A stretch of 64,000 nt of DNA, from contig JBNGIO010006379.1 in the NCBI GenBank assembly GCA_049999805.1, forward strand, positions 775,414-839,413, read 5' to 3'. Positions 59,192 to 64,000 of this stretch are shown here, in pieces. Made by a program: the position numbers and the translations under genes. The stretch comes from Folioceros fuciformis. Lineage: Eukaryota. The first letter of the stretch is position 1; every line of letters begins with the position of its first letter. The notes beneath the pieces are model-generated. The model was not told the DNA's origin. It worked only from the letters and a program-made list of their open reading frames with translations, and did no database searches.

Positions 59192-60279
59192 GGCGGCCAG
59201 GGCAGGAGGTCACCTGCCTCTACACACGCGATCAAAAACCCTTCCTCCACACCCACTCTGATGGTGATCTCCTGCGCAGGCGATCCGGGCACTCACGCCT
59301 CCTCCGCCCTAGGGCGGAAACCTGAGGGAATCCACGCATTGTCGTTAACACGAAATTCGGGTGAGCACCACCAGCAGGGGGGACGGTCTTTTGTTACATG
59401 GAACCTGGCGCAGAGCCACACGAGCCATACTTCAGGAAGCAAATGGGTAACGGGCCTTACGGACGGGACGCGGCCGATCGGAACTGTGGAAGCTCGCCAC
59501 GCGCGTAACCTCAGAGTACGTTCCTATAGTCGAGGAGTTACTGGCACCTCTCTTGCGTCAGCTTCCTCAGGTGCTGCCACCTTCCGTGCTGTACCTCATG
59601 GGAGGGCGCAAGGCCCACCATGTGTAGACCCCACTCCAACCTCAACCCTTACCACATCTTTCTCTTCATCTCCTCCTGATACGTTCGGATACTGTATATC
59701 GATCACCCTCTCCTTCCGTTGACGCGAAGATACTGTTCACTCTGCAGCCAACACGACCTCGTTACCATTCTTACACTTACGGAAGGCAGTGGCTAAAGAT
59801 CTGCGCTCGAGTAAGGGTGGTAACCAACGGAGGCACTGCGTCGGTGGCCTTTTTGCTGTTCCAAGGATCAATTCAAATCCTCCGGTCTACTACAACAGGT
59901 GGGTACTATTATATACGGGACATCCGGATATCACCTCACAATAATGTAAGTAAACGGAAGGGATTGCGTAATGGGAGTTTCTATTAAAGATAAGAGAATC
60001 AAGCTTACGGTAGTTCTTTGGGTTCCTCCGTTTTGCAAGGGTCCCGCATTATAGCTAAGACGAATCGAAGTCGACGGCAAGCCCATTCACCTGTCTGGCA
60101 GGTGGGAGCCACACTAGTTAGCAGATACGATCGGAGAGGTAAACACAACTTTAAGAGCGTGATGAGGAACACGAGGTAAGGTAATCAAACCCATTTGCGG
60201 AGAGACTCGACGCATGGTTGTGCCCAGTGTGAGGATTGCATCAGGAGGCAACTGCGAAAATATACTAGTCATTGAAAAC

Positions 60280-62591
60280 CTATATAGACAGCGAAACGAC
60301 ATTAGGTTCCTGGGCATCTGAAATGTTTGAGAAAATCGGAACGGAGGAATCCCAAGAGCTCACCCAAGGAGTTTCGTATCCTCTGTCATCGACAAGCCCC
60401 AAGTCTTTCAGTCTTCGTTCAGCGTAGTATTCCAGCTTGTCGAGATTTGCCAAACGCTCTTCAAACCAAGTCTGCAACTCGCGGAGAACGCGCTTTTCAC
60501 CAAGCCTTACTACTACAGCTATCTCCCTTCTAGAGCTTAACGAGCCTGAGTTCAATAGGTCTACATCCTGGCAAGCCCAAGACGATCGTCAGTACGTCCT
60601 CATATTCGTGTGCTACACTTTTTGATAAGCGGATGTTCAACATAGCGCGACCTAAACTAGTGTCGACACCCGTGGAAAGATAGCACCCATTGGGACTCTG
60701 TCTTACCTCCTGAACGGAGGTGGAGTAGCCTGACAAGGCAGTCGAACAACCTTCCAGGATACTTCGACAGATGGCTTCTTCATTCTCTCGGCTTATCGGA
60801 TACTGAAGATGCTCCCACACCGCATTCCGGAAAAGAGCCTGGCAGGCGTCATACTTAAGATTTATGAAAAGCTGAAGAGCAGAGATGCATGTACGGATAC
60901 TCTAGTCCAGAGTCTCAAAGCTGCACAACCATGTAACATAAAAATAGGAACAGAAGACAGGGCGTGAAGGAGAAACCAACAACAGCGACCCACCTCTAGA
61001 TGGAATGCGTCAGCTCCGCCAAGCACAGTTAGCCTAAGAAAGGTCAACATATCTTCTGAGGGACCTTCCCCTGCCACTAAATCGTAATACATAGTACTCT
61101 CCCGCTTGTTGACCTGGCATATGTCCAGCTTATCGTCCAGGAATCGATCAGATTCTGGGATTTCAAGGGTAAGCGTGAACTTGTCGCGAGAGGTACTTGG
61201 TGTTCCATTCAATCCCGTATCCCTTTCTACAAAGCCGTAGTCCAAAGCTAGTTGCGCATTGCTTTTATCTTGCCCGTATTGTATCAAAACCTGCATGTCG
61301 GAGACACAAGTTTCACATGAGAATGACCAGGATACAGCTGGTACCCGCAAAGCCTTCCAGCCCAACTACAGCAAATGGTCTAATACCTGCTCTCCAGTTC
61401 TGCAGCTAGACCCAGAACGAACGGCAAGCAGGCTCTGTTGGGAAAAAAAGCCTGCACTTTTCTTTTCCCAGCTGCTGCGTTCTTTCAAACCACTTCCATG
61501 GTTGACCTGCAACGAACAAGCTCAGTCCAGACCCAGACGGAACCGAACCCAAAAGACACGGAGCAGATCACCTACCAGGTCAGCGAAAGGAACCAAAGCA
61601 AGGTCATCGCCTGTCAGGGGAGCAAACGAACGTGATCGAAGCATCCCGAATGTCCAAACGAGATCATTGAAGGTAATATCCTTGAGACCAGAATTTGACT
61701 TCTGCAACTCCTCTTTCAGTGCCTTGTACTCGCTCTCAACATACTCCTTGTACCCCAAGGCGGATGTCATCAGCTGCGAGCCTGCTCGCACAAACCGAGC
61801 TCGCTGGTCAACCGCATACTTCAGCGGGAAAAGGTCAGAATGGACAGCACCCTTGTTGCTAGTCTCAAAGATGTGCCCACGCCACGCATAATCAGCTGTT
61901 CACCTTGAAGCTCTGCTAATTCTTCATCTGACCTACAGGCCCGCGACCACAACAAATATGGAGAATCAGCACCCTATGTTCCCGCCCGACTGAGCTCAAA
62001 ATCCACAAGCTCCTGTCTCCACACTCACCAAAAGAGGGGCGAATCCAACTCATCCGGCAGCGCGTCTAGATAAGGACGCCACTTGGAATTCGGCACCGAC
62101 TTCTCATGAAGAAGAAATAGCGCGATGGCGATCCACGGCTTCTTCCCCTCGCAAAGGCGCCCGACTTCCCCACTGGCCCGGGCTGTGGCTGCATTTATCC
62201 ACAACGCGGATGGCACAGCCAGCACCTCTTCTCCTTCCCCCACGCTTTTCTCTGCTACCAACCCCAAGCGTTCCGGCACAGAAGCAGGCCGCACGGCCCC
62301 ACCGGCAACCCCGTTTTCGCGGAGCCACGTCCAGAGCCTCTGCACCTTCTCCTCCTGCGTGTCCACACACGGAAACAACCGATCCGTGAAGGCACTGCTT
62401 CCATTCCACAACCAGGCCCCTTTGACACCGGAACTGACCTGACTGGACACGGTAACAGTTGGCGCTTGTGTTGCTCGTAGGGCTACCACGCTTGACCGGC
62501 CCCGGCTTCTACTCCTGCTTGCTGTCGATGCGGGCAAGGAGCCGAAGTGCACGCTGCTGCGCAGTGCTGCTGCAGCTGCCATGGCCGCCAT
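60280..62591 (-). CDS. LSMT: Rubisco LSMT / plastid aldolase lysine N-methyltransferase (SET domain), multi-exon
   Basis: KPWIAIALFLL, WRPYLDALP, FGMLRSRSF, LVPFADL-NH, QYG..KSNAQLALDYGF, LEYYAERRLKDLGL; 3' end approximate. Confidence 0.88.
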
Positions 62592-63351
62592 CGGAGTCGC
62601 TCCTTACCGAGCTCCTGTCCGGCGTAAAACGGAGCAGCCTGGTGTTGCAGGTACCGGTTTGCCTACCCGCTGAGTAGCCAACCCGGTCCTGTCTAGGTCC
62701 AGTTTGAATCTAGTATTTTGCCGCCCAAATAGCCCGAGATTGTGTGTAATAAGGGAAACCGGTGCTTGACGTACAGTACCAGGTAGCTTATCGTGACGTA
62801 CATACTAGGTGAGAACCTAGTGGGCAAAGCTGGTGGGGCCACGCGCTCGTTTGCGGAGTAGGCCTATGGACCTGAAATCCGCAAAAGATCTTCCACGCAG
62901 ATGCTAATGATCAGGTCGTCAGGGCGCGACGTCCAACTGTGCAGCGATCCACCCCATCAATCGACCATCTGCTCACACAAGTGTGGAGGGAAATTCAAAG
63001 ACCGCCAAAGGCGATATGTAGTTCTCATCAGCATGGGCAGTAGCCTGTCAGGCTGACTGCCACACAAAAGCGGTAAAGACACAAGTGTTCACCAGTAGAC
63101 AGCAGAGTACCCACTGACAACTACTGGAAGGAGCTAAATCTCACGGCCAGCTTACTGGAAATATGTAGAACAACCAGCGGGGCTACTACTGGTTGTAAGT
63201 ACTTGCGAGACGACATACTGTACAGAATTCTACTCTGGAGTTTAAAGTACAAGACAAGAAGGACCAAAATTGACGAAGTAATGGAAGCGGTCATCTGGAG
63301 AAGCTTTGCTTCAAAAATGTAGAATACAGTTGGCGTCGGTCCTTGAACTCT

Positions 63352-64000
63352 TCAGTCGCACGATCCCTCGTAATTCCCGCGTAGGATTGATATTTGGCCC
63401 TCCTTCACCATCACATCCTCATCCAGCTGGACCACCTTCCGTCTCAAGACCTCCACTTCGGCACTCATTCTTAACGCTTCCCTACCCATCTCTTCTGCCT
63501 CCTGCTGCATGTTGTCCCTCTCCTTGGTTATCCTAGGAATCTCTTCCTTGAAAATGGTGAGCTGTTTCATCTGTTCATCGACCTGTGCTTGCAGCATGGT
63601 TATCTTCGCGTCCTTTTCCTTCACCTGCAAGTGAAAACAAGTCAACAGATGACAACAGTGCTGCGACCCTGTACTCGAAGCGGGTACTACACGCTAGGCA
63701 AGCCCATGTGTTGAGTGAGTATAGGAATCAGATGTCGGCACCTGTTGCTCGAGGATCTCCAGTCTCCTGTTCGCGTCTGCCAGCATTTTTCGAGTCTGCT
63801 GCAGCTCGTTCTGCAGCCAGTCTCGCCTTTGCACCAAAAGTGACAACTCCTTGTTGCTGTCTTCAATGTCAGCTTCTCTCGAACACAGTTTGTCTCGTAG
63901 TAACTTGCAGTTGAGCTCCTGCGCTTTCACCTCGTTCTTAAGCTCCCGGATGTTCTCGTTGAGCTAGAGGAAAAGACAAAAACTGACAATGGATCAAGAC
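63352..64000 (-). CDS. 3' exons of a coiled-coil protein (At2g39300/At3g55060-like), partial
   Basis: Heptad-rich exons ending LRRKVVQLDEDVMVKEGQISILR; gene continues beyond the window. Confidence 0.6.

Overview
Eukaryotic, gene-dense nuclear DNA from a seed-free land plant: about 21 protein genes in 64 kb, with short (~80-110 nt) GT-AG introns. A nuclear MurG (plastid peptidoglycan) and a PLS-PPR protein ending in a WW-type PG box point to a bryophyte, most likely a hornwort (inference). Housekeeping genes include a BTB/POZ protein, an LRRC57-like LRR protein, TIP41, MetE, RPS19, RH13/MAK5, PSRP5, a GT61, a GHR, a BRCT protein, PEX12, a PNK1-like kinase and LSMT, plus tRNA-Asp. The most notable items are: (1) between two tandem CYP94-like P450s, a stack of DNA transposons joined only by TA dinucleotides, including a MULE/SWIM element with long TIRs that appears TA-flanked, inside what reconstructs as a 25-bp-armed palindrome; (2) one spliced gene with three tandem NAA50-like GNAT domains, head-to-head with MurG; (3) two bacterial-type genes, a catechol O-methyltransferase and YnfA/UPF0060; (4) a dual-guide box C/D snoRNA and a degenerate copy behind RPS19; (5) an AT-rich island encoding a divergent secreted Gnk2/DUF26-like protein. 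Family calls come from recalled motifs, not database searches, and exon boundaries were read by eye.
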